Source: Solobacterium sp. | GTDB taxonomy: Bacteria; Bacillota_I; Bacilli_A; Erysipelotrichales; Erysipelotrichaceae | Direction: 5' to 3' | Assembly (NCBI GenBank): GCA_015256455.1 | Contig: JABZMB010000001.1 | Span: forward strand, 45,514 to 109,513 | Length of the DNA: 64,000 bases | Part shown: piece by piece, positions 9,729-20,798 of the stretch | Layout of the letters: the number at the start of each line of letters is the position of its first letter | Position numbering within the stretch: the first letter of the stretch is position 1 | Made by a program: the position numbers and the translations under genes | The notes under the pieces: model-generated | What the model was told of the DNA's origin: nothing | The model's database searches: none | What the model saw: only the letters and a program-made list of their open reading frames with translations

Positions 9729-11498
9729 TTATTTTGATTGTTTAAACTTGCGAATAAAGATAAGGGCAGCGATACAGAACGCTCCGATTCCAACAGCACC
9801 ATACATCATTACATTTGTCGCATCAGATGTCTTTGGTGTAGGTTTACTTGGTGCTGGTGTAGGCTGTACAGGCACCGGTGTAGGTGTTGGTACATATGTA
9901 TTTGTAACCGTAAAGCCATCTGTAAGATTACCCTCTACACTTGCGGTGTAATTTGTGTAAGTATCTTCCGTTACACTGTAGTTAATCGCATTTCCTTGCA
10001 TGTCTGTAACTGGCATCGTAACTGTCTCTTTCCAGTTATTTGTTGCGTTTAATACAATTGGACTACCTGTTTCAATTCCATTTGCTAAAACATGTAATGT
10101 TACTTCATCTAGCATATGAATTGGATCTGCCCAAACTTTCTTTACTTCAAATGTCTTTAGTTGACGATATACAAAGATCACTTCAATCGTTGTATTACCA
10201 ATGACTTTACCTGTTACATTAGCTGGTGTTTCTACAAGTTCATATCCAGCGATTGTCTTTTCAGTTGCAGTATATGCCGCATTTTCAAGTCCATTTGTAA
10301 CAACTGTTTCCTGTGGTGCCAGCTCATTACCTGCTTGATCTAAATACTTAGCTACGACGTTACCTCTAGGTGCACGTCTTGCATTTGAACTTAATGTTCC
10401 ACCATTTACCGTAAGATTATGTTGTGAAGTCTTAGGTGCTTCATTATTAATTTGTGATTTGAGCGCTACAGGAAGGGTGTTATTTGTAACGGTTGAAGTA
10501 TCCTTTACGATTAGCGGTAAATCTGGTCCTAAACGATATTGTGCCGCAATATTTTCGTCATCCATACTAATGATTTGGACAACAACCTTCGTTGGTTCAA
10601 TTGAAAGAATCTTTGTCTTTACTCTCCTCTTAGGGAAGAATACTACACCATTTCCATTTGCACGTGTGGCTGCTGTATCAGCTGTCATAAAGCGGAAGTT
10701 TTGGGGATTTACCTCAGTACCTACCGCAATACGTGTTGTATCGAATTCAACTTTTCCATCTGTTAGTTCATAAGTCAGAACATCACCTGGCTTTAGTGGT
10801 GCACTATCAGGGTTGTTACTGCCTGAGGAATAACCACTTGGTGTTAGAGTTGCAGCACGAATTTCATCTGAGGAGTTTGTCTCTAAGTTGATTGTGCCAT
10901 CTAACACCAAGAATGTTGGAACTTTATTTTGGAATGTACGTCCTGGAACATTGTATGAATTACTCGCTAGTTCTGTTCCATCATAGAGAATCTTCGCTAC
11001 ACGGTTGTAAGCTTGATTCTTAATAAAGTGATTAGAGCGAACGTTTCCACCAATATCAAAGTTGACTTCATCATATTCACCATTGAAAGTAACAGTTAAG
11101 TATGTATTCTCAGTATACTCATTGTCATAAGTTGGATTGATGACATCACTAAATGTATCAACATAGTGATCTTCATAATGTACGCTCAATTTACCAATTA
11201 CTTTTTTCGTACCCGTCGCATCTGTTGTAGTAACATCAAGCCCATTTAATGGGTTAATATTGATGTTTTCAAAATCATAGCGTATGGTATCACCCGCATG
11301 AACTTGACCTGTTACTTCAGCGTGGATATTAAATTGGATCTGTGATGAGTAGTCGTTTGCTTGGGATGTCTGTATCGTTGCGGTATTTGTTACAGTAAAT
11401 CCCGGTGCTGCATTAACACGAATTCCTGTTGTATGAAACAACATTCCTATCGCAAGCACTAGGGCACTTAGCGTGCGGATTAGATTTTTTGCTTTCAT
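9729..11498 (-). CDS. Cell-wall-anchored surface protein with CnaB/SpaA-type isopeptide domain and non-canonical TPKTSD sorting signal
   Basis: Start taken as MKAKNL, with an AAGGAG RBS 6 nt upstream. Signal peptide present. The C-terminus has a CnaB-like domain (FEVKKVWADPIHM...TVTNTYVP), a Pro/Thr linker, TPKTSD, a hydrophobic segment and a basic tail RKFKQSK. Confidence 0.75.
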   Translation of the reverse strand: MKAKNLIRTLSALVLAIGMLFHTTGIRVNAAPGFTVTNTATIQTSQANDYSSQIQFNIHAEVTGQVHAGDTIRYDFENININPLNGLDVTTTDATGTKKVIGKLSVHYEDHYVDTFSDVINPTYDNEYTENTYLTVTFNGEYDEVNFDIGGNVRSNHFIKNQAYNRVAKILYDGTELASNSYNVPGRTFQNKVPTFLVLDGTINLETNSSDEIRAATLTPSGYSSGSNNPDSAPLKPGDVLTYELTDGKVEFDTTRIAVGTEVNPQNFRFMTADTAATRANGNGVVFFPKRRVKTKILSIEPTKVVVQIISMDDENIAAQYRLGPDLPLIVKDTSTVTNNTLPVALKSQINNEAPKTSQHNLTVNGGTLSSNARRAPRGNVVAKYLDQAGNELAPQETVVTNGLENAAYTATEKTIAGYELVETPANVTGKVIGNTTIEVIFVYRQLKTFEVKKVWADPIHMLDEVTLHVLANGIETGSPIVLNATNNWKETVTMPVTDMQGNAINYSVTEDTYTNYTASVEGNLTDGFTVTNTYVPTPTPVPVQPTPAPSKPTPKTSDATNVMMYGAVGIGAFCIAALIFIRKFKQSK

Positions 11499-11812
11499 TG
11501 CCATCTCCTTACGTATCTGATTGATTGAAACTGTTGTGTAAATCTTTTTTTGATTCTTACAAATTCTTCCATTCGTAATCATCTACATACTAGGTATGTA
11601 CAGCATTTTTTGCATGAAGAAAAAATGTTTACATATATACACATTTATCATAGCCGAACATAAATAAAATAATACTTGTTTCACATCACAAAAAGTCATT
11701 CTTAATAGTTACTTAATAATTAGTGTCGTATCTAGATACAAATTATAAAAAGGTGATTCAAAACACGTATGAATCACCTTGTATTCGTTTACACGAATGT
11801 GGATACTTTTTA

Positions 11813-13072
11813 CTATTCCTGTGCTGACTTAATAAAGTTACGCAATTGTTCTTCAGATACATAGCCTGGTACATATCCTAAGAATTCACCGGATGGACGA
11901 ACAACATACGTTGTTGGATAACCACTTACCTTATAAGTTCTTGTCATCTCTAAAGTTGTGTCATAAAGAATTGTAAAGTTATATCCCTTCTTCTTCATGT
12001 ACTCCTCAACGTCAGAGATAGTACCCTCACCATTCAGGCCAGGAGCCGCAATCATAAGTACTTGAACATCGTCCTTCATCTCATCATTAATCTTCTGTAA
12101 ACTTCCAAATTCTTCGTTACAGTAATGACACCATGTGCCAAAGAAGTTCATGACAATTGTCTTTCCCTTGTAATCGCTGAGATTATGAACATTACCTTCA
12201 CCATCCACTAACGCGAAGTTATACTTTTCAATTGCAGTTTGGGAAGAGGCATCTGAATTCTCTTTTGAAGATGTATCTTCCTTGTTTGAAGTGTCTTCTT
12301 TTGTAGAAGTATCTTCCTTTGATTTGGAATCATCAACTGTTGTTGTTTCAGCTGGTGCTGAGGAACCACTATTTTGGAGAGCATTCATTGTGCTGAAACC
12401 ACGGAATAACATAAAGCATCCCATTGCCAAGACAAGAACTCCACTTGCGATACCTGTATACTTCACAACATTCTTATTACGTTTGATTAGATTCAATATT
12501 TCTTCTGTAAAGAATCCAATGAGTAAGAAGATAACGATGAATCCTAATGCATAGGACGCAATATAGAGCCAACCAAGTCCGTTTGTAGCAGTAGATGCTA
12601 GCAAGATTGCTTGTGCCAATAATGGGCCTACGCATGGAGACCATGCAAAACTAAACACAAATCCCAACGCAAATGCTTTGAAGAAAGTCATCCCACCTTC
12701 TACACGCATTGTCTTTTGGTGTGTCTGATTCAAGAAAGGAATATTGATAATGTGTAGATTTGCTAGACCAAGGATAACTAGTAATACACCACCTGCAATT
12801 TGAAACTGCAATGTGTATTGCTTGAATACTGCTGCTAATGCACTAGATCCAAGTCCTGCAATCACGAACACTGTCGAGATTCCTAAGACGAATCCAATTG
12901 TTAGAATGAGTGTTTTCATTCGATCATAACGTACCTGTCCATTCTCGTCTGTCATCATGGAACCATTTGTAAGGTAGCCAATGTATAACGGAACAAGTGG
13001 AAGAATACATGGTGAGAAGAATGATAATAACCCTTCTAAAAATAGACCGCCAAGAGTAATAATTTCTTTCAT
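11813..13072 (-). CDS. CcdA/DsbD-like membrane thiol-disulfide transporter fused to TlpA/ResA-like thioredoxin domain
   Basis: N-terminal six-TM CcdA domain carries the conserved Cys pair (FFSPCILPL and WSPCVGPL). A Ser/Thr/Glu/Lys-rich linker carries KEDTS repeats. The C-terminal thioredoxin fold has a WCHYC active site. Confidence 0.8.
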   Translation of the reverse strand: MKEIITLGGLFLEGLLSFFSPCILPLVPLYIGYLTNGSMMTDENGQVRYDRMKTLILTIGFVLGISTVFVIAGLGSSALAAVFKQYTLQFQIAGGVLLVILGLANLHIINIPFLNQTHQKTMRVEGGMTFFKAFALGFVFSFAWSPCVGPLLAQAILLASTATNGLGWLYIASYALGFIVIFLLIGFFTEEILNLIKRNKNVVKYTGIASGVLVLAMGCFMLFRGFSTMNALQNSGSSAPAETTTVDDSKSKEDTSTKEDTSNKEDTSSKENSDASSQTAIEKYNFALVDGEGNVHNLSDYKGKTIVMNFFGTWCHYCNEEFGSLQKINDEMKDDVQVLMIAAPGLNGEGTISDVEEYMKKKGYNFTILYDTTLEMTRTYKVSGYPTTYVVRPSGEFLGYVPGYVSEEQLRNFIKSAQE

Positions 13073-13084
13073 AATACCGCCATT

Positions 13085-13927
13085 CTATGCTATAAAGCGT
13101 GTAATGCAGAGAATCAGGACGATAATTCCGAGAATAATACGATATATGCCAAATACCTTGAAGTCATTCTTACGAATGTAATTCATTAAGGTACGAATCG
13201 CAATAATAGAAACGATAAACGAAACCACTGTACCAATGAGTAAAATCATGAGTGGCCAAAAGCCGAATGAGAAGTCTGCTTTGATAATCTTTAAAAGGCT
13301 TGCACCAAACATTGCTGGAATTGCCATAAAGAATGAGAACTCTGCAGCTGTTGCACGATTAAATCCTAATAAAGTTGCACCAAAGATTGTACTTCCAGAA
13401 CGACTTGTTCCTGGAACCAAAGCCAAAATCTGGAACATACCAACACCGAAGGCTTTCTTAGGTGTGATTTGACTAACATGTTCAATCGTAAACTTCTTTT
13501 CTCTATTCTCCATCCAGATAAACAGGATACCGTAGAGAATCAAAGTAATACCGATGATATATGGTGCACTCATCACATTGTCAATCCAATCATTCAGTAA
13601 CATTCCTGCTACTAATGGAATGGATGCCACGACAACCATTAGCCATGTGTGGTAGATATTCTTTTTCTTAGGCTCTGATACGTTTTTGCCAAATGGGCAT
13701 AAACGCTTCCAATACAACAACAGTACAGACAAAATACTACCGAACTGAATCACAACCTTGTACACATCCCAGAAGGCTTTATTTTTTTCAGGATCCGCAA
13801 AGACATTCAAAGGCATAAACGTCTGTAATAAAATTAAATGACCTGTTGAACTGATAGGTAGAAACTCTGTTACACCTTGTACAATTCCAAAAATTACAGA
13901 TTTAATAATATTTAAGATAATATCCAT
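13085..13927 (-). CDS. uppP: Undecaprenyl-diphosphatase (BacA/UppP)
   Basis: 280 aa. The N-terminus VTEFLPISSTGHLIL is the characteristic UppP motif. Confidence 0.9.
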   Translation of the reverse strand: MDIILNIIKSVIFGIVQGVTEFLPISSTGHLILLQTFMPLNVFADPEKNKAFWDVYKVVIQFGSILSVLLLYWKRLCPFGKNVSEPKKKNIYHTWLMVVVASIPLVAGMLLNDWIDNVMSAPYIIGITLILYGILFIWMENREKKFTIEHVSQITPKKAFGVGMFQILALVPGTSRSGSTIFGATLLGFNRATAAEFSFFMAIPAMFGASLLKIIKADFSFGFWPLMILLIGTVVSFIVSIIAIRTLMNYIRKNDFKVFGIYRIILGIIVLILCITRFIA

Positions 13928-13941
13928 TTTTGTTAACCTTC

Positions 13942-15405
13942 TTAGTCGTGATTAATACGATCAGCTCGCACTAAGTCTGCCTTGATTTGTTTGATACGTT
14001 TCGCAAATGCGCGTAAATCTTTCATTCGCCACATCCAGTTTGGAGCACCTACGCTACCAGGCATGTTTAAGCGTGCTTGGCTTCCAGCATGGATCCAGTC
14101 TGACATCGGAATAATTACCATGTCCGCATTACTATCCAACGAATAGTCAATCACGTCATCGACAAAGCTATGCTTGCGATATCCGTGTTTCCATAGGTAT
14201 TGACGCATCTTTCTTCTTAAAGAAGCAGGTTGCTGGCAGTACCATGAATATGTCGTATCGTTGTCATGAGTCCCAGTATATACCAATAGATGCTTTTTAT
14301 CTTCTTCCATGCCCTCAGGGTCAAATGTGAATTGAACAATACGCATACCTCTAAACTTGTAGTGATCTCTTAATTCCAATACTTCTGGACGTAAATCTCC
14401 TAAATCTTCCGCAACGATAGTAAGGTTTGGATATTGTTTGAATAATGTATCAAACAACTCATATCCAGGTGCTTCAATCCACTCACCTTCAATCGCGGTT
14501 GGACAATCTGCTGGAATCTTCCAATATGTATCAAAGGCACGGAAGTGATCAACTCTTACAACGTCAAACATCTCTCCCATGTATGACATACGCTCAATCC
14601 AGAATGTGAACTTATCCTTCTTCATAAAGTCCCAGTCATAAATAGGATTGCCCCATCTTTGTCCTGTCGCTGAGAAGTAATCTGGTGGAACACCAGCGAT
14701 AAACGTTGGTCTACCATCTTGATTTAATAAGAAGTTTTCACGGTGTGCCCAAACATCTGCAGAATCCAAACCTACATAGAATGGGATATCACCCACCATC
14801 TGAATTCCTAAACTATTTGCATACTTTTTCAGTGCATGCCATTGTTGGTACAACACAAACTGCAAGAACATCTGGTATGCAATTTCATCGTCATACTTTG
14901 ATAAATCTAATTTCTGATTAATAGGATAATCTTTCTGTTCCTTCTCCCATTCATTCCAAGGTCGTAAATTGTTCGCAACTTTAAAAGTCTTAAAGATTGC
15001 ATACTCTTTTACCCAAGGCTTCTTGATAAAGGATTCGTATGCCTCATCCTTTTCAAACTTCTGATAGGCAAGGCGCAAATACTTATCATGATACTGGCGA
15101 ACTTTCTCATACTGAATTGCATCATCGTTACGATGATAGGAAGGCACCTTCTCTAATAAACCTTGTTGCGCTAATACATCTAATGATATATAGAGCTCAT
15201 CAACCGCATAAGATGAATACGGCTGATAAGGTGAATTTCCATATCCTAAAGGGTTTAATGGCAACAACTGCCAGATGCCCAGACCCGACTGGTGCATCAT
15301 CTTCACAAAATCATATGCTTCTTTTCCAAAAGTACCACAACCGTGGCGGCCAGGCAGAGATGCGACTGGCATTAAAATTCCTGCTTTTCTCATATTACTA
15401 TTCAT
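13942..15405 (-). CDS. malQ: 4-alpha-glucanotransferase (amylomaltase, GH77)
   Basis: 487 aa. N-terminus is RKAGILMPVASLPGRHGCGTFGKEAYDFV, followed by conserved GH77 blocks. Confidence 0.9.
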   Translation of the reverse strand: MNSNMRKAGILMPVASLPGRHGCGTFGKEAYDFVKMMHQSGLGIWQLLPLNPLGYGNSPYQPYSSYAVDELYISLDVLAQQGLLEKVPSYHRNDDAIQYEKVRQYHDKYLRLAYQKFEKDEAYESFIKKPWVKEYAIFKTFKVANNLRPWNEWEKEQKDYPINQKLDLSKYDDEIAYQMFLQFVLYQQWHALKKYANSLGIQMVGDIPFYVGLDSADVWAHRENFLLNQDGRPTFIAGVPPDYFSATGQRWGNPIYDWDFMKKDKFTFWIERMSYMGEMFDVVRVDHFRAFDTYWKIPADCPTAIEGEWIEAPGYELFDTLFKQYPNLTIVAEDLGDLRPEVLELRDHYKFRGMRIVQFTFDPEGMEEDKKHLLVYTGTHDNDTTYSWYCQQPASLRRKMRQYLWKHGYRKHSFVDDVIDYSLDSNADMVIIPMSDWIHAGSQARLNMPGSVGAPNWMWRMKDLRAFAKRIKQIKADLVRADRINHD

Positions 15406-15537
15406 TTAACTCCGCTTTCAGTTTAAATATTAACCCATGATCTAATATTTTTCCATGTCAAGTGAATGGAATTCACTTTTTTCTCATTTATGGTATAGTT
15501 GTCTATGATCTTAATTATTTTGATAAAGGAGATACTC

Positions 15538-17796
15538 ATGACATTAGAGAAAAAACTTGAGTCAAGCTTAAAAAAGCAGATTAAAAATGCTACTGACAAA
15601 GAACTTTATGATGCGATTGTTGCTATCGTAAAGGAAAAACAAGATCAGGTTAAGAAGATTACAGGTGAAAAGAAGTTGTACTACATCAGTGCAGAATTCC
15701 TCATTGGTAAACAGTTAGGTAAGAATTTAATTAACTTAGGTCTATACGATGAATTAGCAAAGTTATTATCTAAGAATGGCAAATCCATCCGCACAGTTGA
15801 AAGTTTTGAAAAGGAACCTTCACTTGGTAACGGCGGTCTAGGTCGTTTAGCTGCCTGCTTCTTAGATTCCATCGCTACTTTAAACTTACAGGGTGATGGT
15901 GTTGGTCTAAATTATCACCTTGGTTTATTCCGTCAGGAATTCAAGGACAGAAAGCAACACGAAATTCCAGATGAATGGTTATATGGTTCTACAGTATTAC
16001 GTGATACTGATGTATCCTTCCCAGTTGAACTTGCTGGCAAGACATACTACTCACATATGTATGACTTAGATATCATCGGATATAAGACAAACAAAAATAC
16101 ATTACACTTATTCGATTTAGATACTGTTGATGAATGTATCGTTCACGATGGTACAAAGTTCGATAAGAAGAATATTGATAAGAACTTAACACTATTCCTC
16201 TATCCAGATGATAGTGATAAAGACGGTCAGTTATTACGTATTTACCAACAGTACTTCATGGTAAGTAACGCTGCTCAATTGATTATCAAGGAAGAAAAAG
16301 AAAAGGGACACAGCCTCAATGATTTAGATAAGCATGTTTCTATCCAGATCAATGATACTCACCCTTCTATGGTAATTCCTGAATTAATTCGTTTATTGAT
16401 GAATGAAGGTATTACATTCCGTAGAGCAGCAGATATTGTCGCTAATACATGTGCATATACAAACCACACAATTCTTGCGGAAGCTTTAGAAAAGTGGCCT
16501 CTAGATTATCTACAGGAAGTTGTACCACAACTTGTTCCAATTATCGGTGGATTAGATTATGCCGTAAATATTGCCTTCAAGGGTGATAAGGAATTAACAA
16601 TCATCGATGATAGTCATCGTGTACACATGGCAAGAATGGACATGCATTTCAGTAATTCTATCAATGGTGTAGCAGCACTTCATACAGAAATCTTAAAACA
16701 CCAAGAATTAAAGCCATTCTATAACATTTACCACTCTAAGTTTAACAACAAGACAAACGGTATCACATTCCGTAGATGGATCATGCATTGCAACCCAGAT
16801 CTTGCAAATTACATCGATACATTAATCGGTGATGCATGGCGTAAGGATGCTAGTAAGTTAGAAGACTTATTAAAGTATATTAACGATACAGCAGTACTAC
16901 AGAAGTTAGATGATATCAAGTACACAAATAAAGTACGTCTTGCGGATATGATTAAGAAGGAAGAAGGAATTGAAATCAATCCAAGTTCTATCTTCGATAT
17001 CCAAGTGAAACGTCTTCATGAGTACAAGCGTCAACAGATGAATGCATTGTGGGTAATCTATAAGTACCTACAGATCAAGGCAGGTCAAAAGCCAGCTCGT
17101 CCTATTACCGTAATCTTTGGTGCAAAAGCAGCACCTGCATACATCATGGCAAAGAATATCATTCACTTGATTATTTGCTTACAAGACTTAATTAAGAACG
17201 ATCCAGAAGTTAGTCCATACCTCAAGGTTGTTATGTTACAAAACTATAACGTAACAAAGGCAGAAACAGTTATTCCTGCATGTGATATCTCAGAACAAAT
17301 TTCTCTAGCTTCTAAGGAAGCTTCCGGTACAGGTAACATGAAGTTCATGTTGAATGGTGCTATCACATTAGGTACAAATGACGGTGCTAACGTTGAAATC
17401 GGTGAATTAGTAGGTAAAGATAACATCTATACATTCGGACGTTCATCTGATGATGTAATCAAGCTCTATGAAACAAGTGGTTACCACGCAGCTGATTACT
17501 ACAACAACAGCCAACTCATTCATGCATGTGTAGACTTCATCACAAGTCCAGAACTCATTAAGTTAGGCGACAAGCAGATGTTATCTGACTTACGTGATAA
17601 CTTAATCAACAAAGACTGGTTTATGACATTACTTGACCTTGAAGAATACTGCAGAGTAAAAGATCGTGTATTAGCTGACTACGAAGATCGTCTCGCATGG
17701 AAGAAGAAGTCATTAGTAAATATTGCTAAGAGTGGATTCTTCTCAAGTGATCGTACAATCTTAGACTATAACCGCGATATCTGGCACTTAAAATAG
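15538..17796 (+). CDS. glgP: Glycogen/maltodextrin phosphorylase (GT35)
   Basis: Contains [27 protein letters not shown] and the PLP-site region [20 protein letters not shown]. Start taken as MTLEKK, which has an AAGGAG RBS. It is divergent from malQ. Confidence 0.9.
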   Translation: MTLEKKLESSLKKQIKNATDKELYDAIVAIVKEKQDQVKKITGEKKLYYISAEFLIGKQLGKNLINLGLYDELAKLLSKNGKSIRTVESFEKEPSLGNGGLGRLAACFLDSIATLNLQGDGVGLNYHLGLFRQEFKDRKQHEIPDEWLYGSTVLRDTDVSFPVELAGKTYYSHMYDLDIIGYKTNKNTLHLFDLDTVDECIVHDGTKFDKKNIDKNLTLFLYPDDSDKDGQLLRIYQQYFMVSNAAQLIIKEEKEKGHSLNDLDKHVSIQINDTHPSMVIPELIRLLMNEGITFRRAADIVANTCAYTNHTILAEALEKWPLDYLQEVVPQLVPIIGGLDYAVNIAFKGDKELTIIDDSHRVHMARMDMHFSNSINGVAALHTEILKHQELKPFYNIYHSKFNNKTNGITFRRWIMHCNPDLANYIDTLIGDAWRKDASKLEDLLKYINDTAVLQKLDDIKYTNKVRLADMIKKEEGIEINPSSIFDIQVKRLHEYKRQQMNALWVIYKYLQIKAGQKPARPITVIFGAKAAPAYIMAKNIIHLIICLQDLIKNDPEVSPYLKVVMLQNYNVTKAETVIPACDISEQISLASKEASGTGNMKFMLNGAITLGTNDGANVEIGELVGKDNIYTFGRSSDDVIKLYETSGYHAADYYNNSQLIHACVDFITSPELIKLGDKQMLSDLRDNLINKDWFMTLLDLEEYCRVKDRVLADYEDRLAWKKKSLVNIAKSGFFSSDRTILDYNRDIWHLK

Positions 17797-17805
17797 GAGG
17801 TTACC

Positions 17806-18276
17806 ATGATTGTAATCGAAATGAATAATGGCAAAGTCATCAAATTAGAACTTGATGAAGCAGCTGCTCCAAAGACAGTTGCAAACTTCAACAAACTTGT
17901 TAGTGAAGGTTTCTACGATGGATTATCATTCCACCGTATCATTCCTGGATTTATGATCCAAGGTGGTGATCCAGTTGGAAATGGAACAGGTGGTTCCAAG
18001 GAAAATATCGTTGGTGAGTTTGCTTCAAATGGATTTAACAATCCTATCAAGCATACTCGTGGTGTTATTTCTATGGCTCGCTCAATGGATCCAAACTCCG
18101 CAAGTTCCCAGTTCTTCATCATGCATGCAGATGCTCCACACTTAGATGGAAACTACGCTGCATTTGGACATGTTGTAGAAGGTTTGGAAGTAGTTGATGA
18201 GATTGCAAATACTCCAACAGACTTCCGTGATAAGCCAACAACTCCAGTTATTATCAAGCGTGCTTACATCGCTTAA
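17806..18276 (+). CDS. ppiB: Peptidyl-prolyl cis-trans isomerase, cyclophilin type
   Basis: 156 aa with the cyclophilin signature GFYDGLSFHRIIPGFMIQGGDP. Confidence 0.9.
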   Translation: MIVIEMNNGKVIKLELDEAAAPKTVANFNKLVSEGFYDGLSFHRIIPGFMIQGGDPVGNGTGGSKENIVGEFASNGFNNPIKHTRGVISMARSMDPNSASSQFFIMHADAPHLDGNYAAFGHVVEGLEVVDEIANTPTDFRDKPTTPVIIKRAYIA

Positions 18277-18284
18277 TTATTAAG

Positions 18285-18318
18285 ACCTGTGTAATTAACT
18301 AAACAGGTTTTTCTTTTA
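18285..18318 (+). terminator. Intrinsic terminator after ppiB
   Basis: Hairpin ACCTGTgtaattaactaaACAGGT followed by TTTTTCTTTT. Confidence 0.6.
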
Positions 18319-18360
18319 TCTATAAGCATTAAAAAAAGAGCGGTTATCCCGCCCATAAAA

Positions 18361-18651
18361 TTACTTAACTAAATCCTTTAAAGTCTTGCTAGCCTTGAAC
18401 TTTGGAGCCTTAGTAGCCTTGATCTTAATCTTTTCGCCTGTAGCTGGGTTTAAACCAGTGCGAGCCTTCTTCTTAACTACTGTGAACTTACCAAAGCCAT
18501 TTAATGAAACTTCGCCACCCTTCTTGATTGTTGTAGCGATTTCATCAAATACGTAATTAACTGCTTCTCCAGCAGCCTTCTTTGTTAAACCGTATTTTTC
18601 TGCTAAATCATCTGCTAATGTCTTCTTTGTAACGACTTTTACTGTTGCCAT
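18361..18651 (-). CDS. hup: HU-family DNA-binding protein
   Basis: 96 aa. The arm region GFGKFTVVKKKARTGLNPATGEKIKI is typical of HU/IHF. Confidence 0.85.
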   Translation of the reverse strand: MATVKVVTKKTLADDLAEKYGLTKKAAGEAVNYVFDEIATTIKKGGEVSLNGFGKFTVVKKKARTGLNPATGEKIKIKATKAPKFKASKTLKDLVK

Positions 18652-18813
18652 GCTTATGGCCTCCTTTTATTTTGATAATTTTATTGTAATTGATTTTTAT
18701 CTATTTTCAACCTTTGAATCTTAAAAAAGTGTTTATTTATGCATGTTTTTCGCATTTTTGATGCGAAATTGTTTATTTTTACAAAAAAAGAAGGCAAATT
18801 GCCCTCTTTTTAA

Positions 18814-19158
18814 TTACTTAGCTGCCTTTTTTAAAGCTTCCTTAGTTGCTTCAATGATTGCTTTAGAAGTAAGTGTAGCACCAGAAACAGTGTCTACATC
18901 AGCCTTATTCTGCTTAACGATAGCTGCTGGAACTTCTTCTAAAGCACCATCAGCGATACCAGCTGTTTCCTTGTGGTCCTTAACTTCTACCTTTTCAATC
19001 TTTGAATCTGAAACTGTAACTGCAACTGTAACGTCGCCATTACGTCCTTCAGCTGTTGCTTCATATGTACCGGCGTTGTAAATAGCCTTTGATCCGCAAC
19101 CTGCTAATGAAAGGATTGTAGCTGCTGCTAAAATGCTCTTAACTAATTTCATGTTCAT
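18814..19158 (-). CDS. Small FMN-binding-domain lipoprotein (PplA-like, ApbE flavinylation motif)
   Basis: Lipobox LAGCGS. An FMN_bind domain carries the flavinylation motif DTVSGATLTS. A terminator hairpin lies downstream at about 18786-18812. Confidence 0.75.
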   Translation of the reverse strand: MNMKLVKSILAAATILSLAGCGSKAIYNAGTYEATAEGRNGDVTVAVTVSDSKIEKVEVKDHKETAGIADGALEEVPAAIVKQNKADVDTVSGATLTSKAIIEATKEALKKAAK

Positions 19159-19230
19159 TTTCTCCTTTAGTCAAATGTATTATACATAATTCTCGATATT
19201 TTTGGTATCCATTTGTTATTTTTATATAAA

Positions 19231-20073
19231 TTAATCCTGCATAATCAGTTGATGATCACCCGTGTGATAATCGATTTTTATATTTGGTTGTACGTTATAA
19301 CAGAACACGTTGAAGCAGATACCTTCTCCACCATCCTCTATCGAACGTGCTTCAATTAACACACCTGTTGCCACTAAATTATCCCCTTCAAAGATAGGTG
19401 TACATCGATATAGCACATGGTTTCCTGTTCGTAAGATATACCATGCCGTCTTATCCTCAAACGGCTGCATTCCTTCCACATTCATATAACGAGTACCAGT
19501 AATCAAATTCTTCACGTTTGCATTTTCACCACTTAATTCATACGCAATCAAGTGACAACGATTATACAAATATTTCCCATCGATAAAATCATACTTGGCT
19601 AAATGCCAACCAGTTGGTTTTATCATCGATATTGACTCACGCTTCTGCGTTGGCATAATATCAATGCCTATCATCGCCATCGCTGGACCACAGCGACCAA
19701 GATAATCCAGTTCACTATACGATTCGTATTCATCGCTCTGTAATTCTTCTTCTCTAAAGAATGGGATATTATGATTCACTTCTACGTATGGCGATGATGT
19801 ATATGCTGGAATATCCGACATTGAAAATGAACCATCACGATTCACCGGAATCGCAGAAAAGAATGCTTCCCATATCATCACTGCCGATAATACTAATAAA
19901 AGCAGTGATGACAAAATGCGTTTACGATATCGATGAAAAGACTTATGGTATATCATCTTTGTAACGCATATCACTAGGTATGCAAATACCAAAAGAAATA
20001 ATCCAATTGATAGATATTTTATAAATGACTGCTGGTTATACATACTTGTATTATACACACATCTATCTATCAC
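19231..20073 (-). CDS. Membrane-anchored DNA/RNA non-specific endonuclease (EndA/NucA-like DNA-entry nuclease family)
   Basis: N-terminal TM anchor. The C-terminal domain has NRCHLIAYELSGENANVKNLITGTRYMN, which resembles the RGHLIA block of EndA-type nucleases. Confidence 0.55.
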   Translation of the reverse strand: MIDRCVYNTSMYNQQSFIKYLSIGLFLLVFAYLVICVTKMIYHKSFHRYRKRILSSLLLLVLSAVMIWEAFFSAIPVNRDGSFSMSDIPAYTSSPYVEVNHNIPFFREEELQSDEYESYSELDYLGRCGPAMAMIGIDIMPTQKRESISMIKPTGWHLAKYDFIDGKYLYNRCHLIAYELSGENANVKNLITGTRYMNVEGMQPFEDKTAWYILRTGNHVLYRCTPIFEGDNLVATGVLIEARSIEDGGEGICFNVFCYNVQPNIKIDYHTGDHQLIMQD

Positions 20074-20099
20074 TCTTTAAAAAAAGCGAGAATCCTCGC

Positions 20100-20798
20100 T
20101 TATAAACTCTGTAATACTTGGAAGACTAGATTTGCACAATGCTCAGCTGCCTGTGCTTCAAAGTCCTCATAAGATACCGTACTTTCTTCATCTGCTTTAT
20201 CTGAGATTGCACGTACAATTACAAATGGAATGTGATAGTCCGTCGCAACATGCGCAATTGCACAGCCTTCCATCTCACAGCACTTTGCTCCAAAGTTTGA
20301 AATAATCCAATCTTTCTTTTCTTTTTGTCCTACAAAGATATCACCACTGGCAACACGTCCTTCAAAGACTTGAATTTCTGGAGCGACCTTTTGAATACTA
20401 TCAACGACCAACTTGCGAAGCGTTTCATCAGCCGTAAAAGAGATTGTCTTTCTGCCAGGTACCATTCCAGCAGGATAACCAAATGGTTCTACACTAAAAT
20501 CATGATATACAGCATCAGTAGAAACAACGATATCTCCAATATTAATTTGATTATCCAAAGATCCTGCAATCCCCGTATTTAGAATATGTGTAACATCATA
20601 CTTTACACACATGGTTGTAGCACAAATTGCAGCATTGACTTTACCAATGCCGCATCTTGCGACAACAACTTCCGTATCACCAATTTTCCCTAAATAATAT
20701 GTGTTATCTCCAACTTGTTCAATCTTATCGATTGTCATGCGTTCTTTGATAGATGTTACTTCCACATCCATCGCACCAATAATACCTACTCTCATCAT
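20100..20798 (-). CDS. mtnN: 5'-methylthioadenosine/S-adenosylhomocysteine nucleosidase
   Basis: 232 aa. Contains MRVGIIGAMDVEV and GIGKVNAA. It overlaps luxS by 4 nt. Confidence 0.9.
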   Translation of the reverse strand: MMRVGIIGAMDVEVTSIKERMTIDKIEQVGDNTYYLGKIGDTEVVVARCGIGKVNAAICATTMCVKYDVTHILNTGIAGSLDNQINIGDIVVSTDAVYHDFSVEPFGYPAGMVPGRKTISFTADETLRKLVVDSIQKVAPEIQVFEGRVASGDIFVGQKEKKDWIISNFGAKCCEMEGCAIAHVATDYHIPFVIVRAISDKADEESTVSYEDFEAQAAEHCANLVFQVLQSL

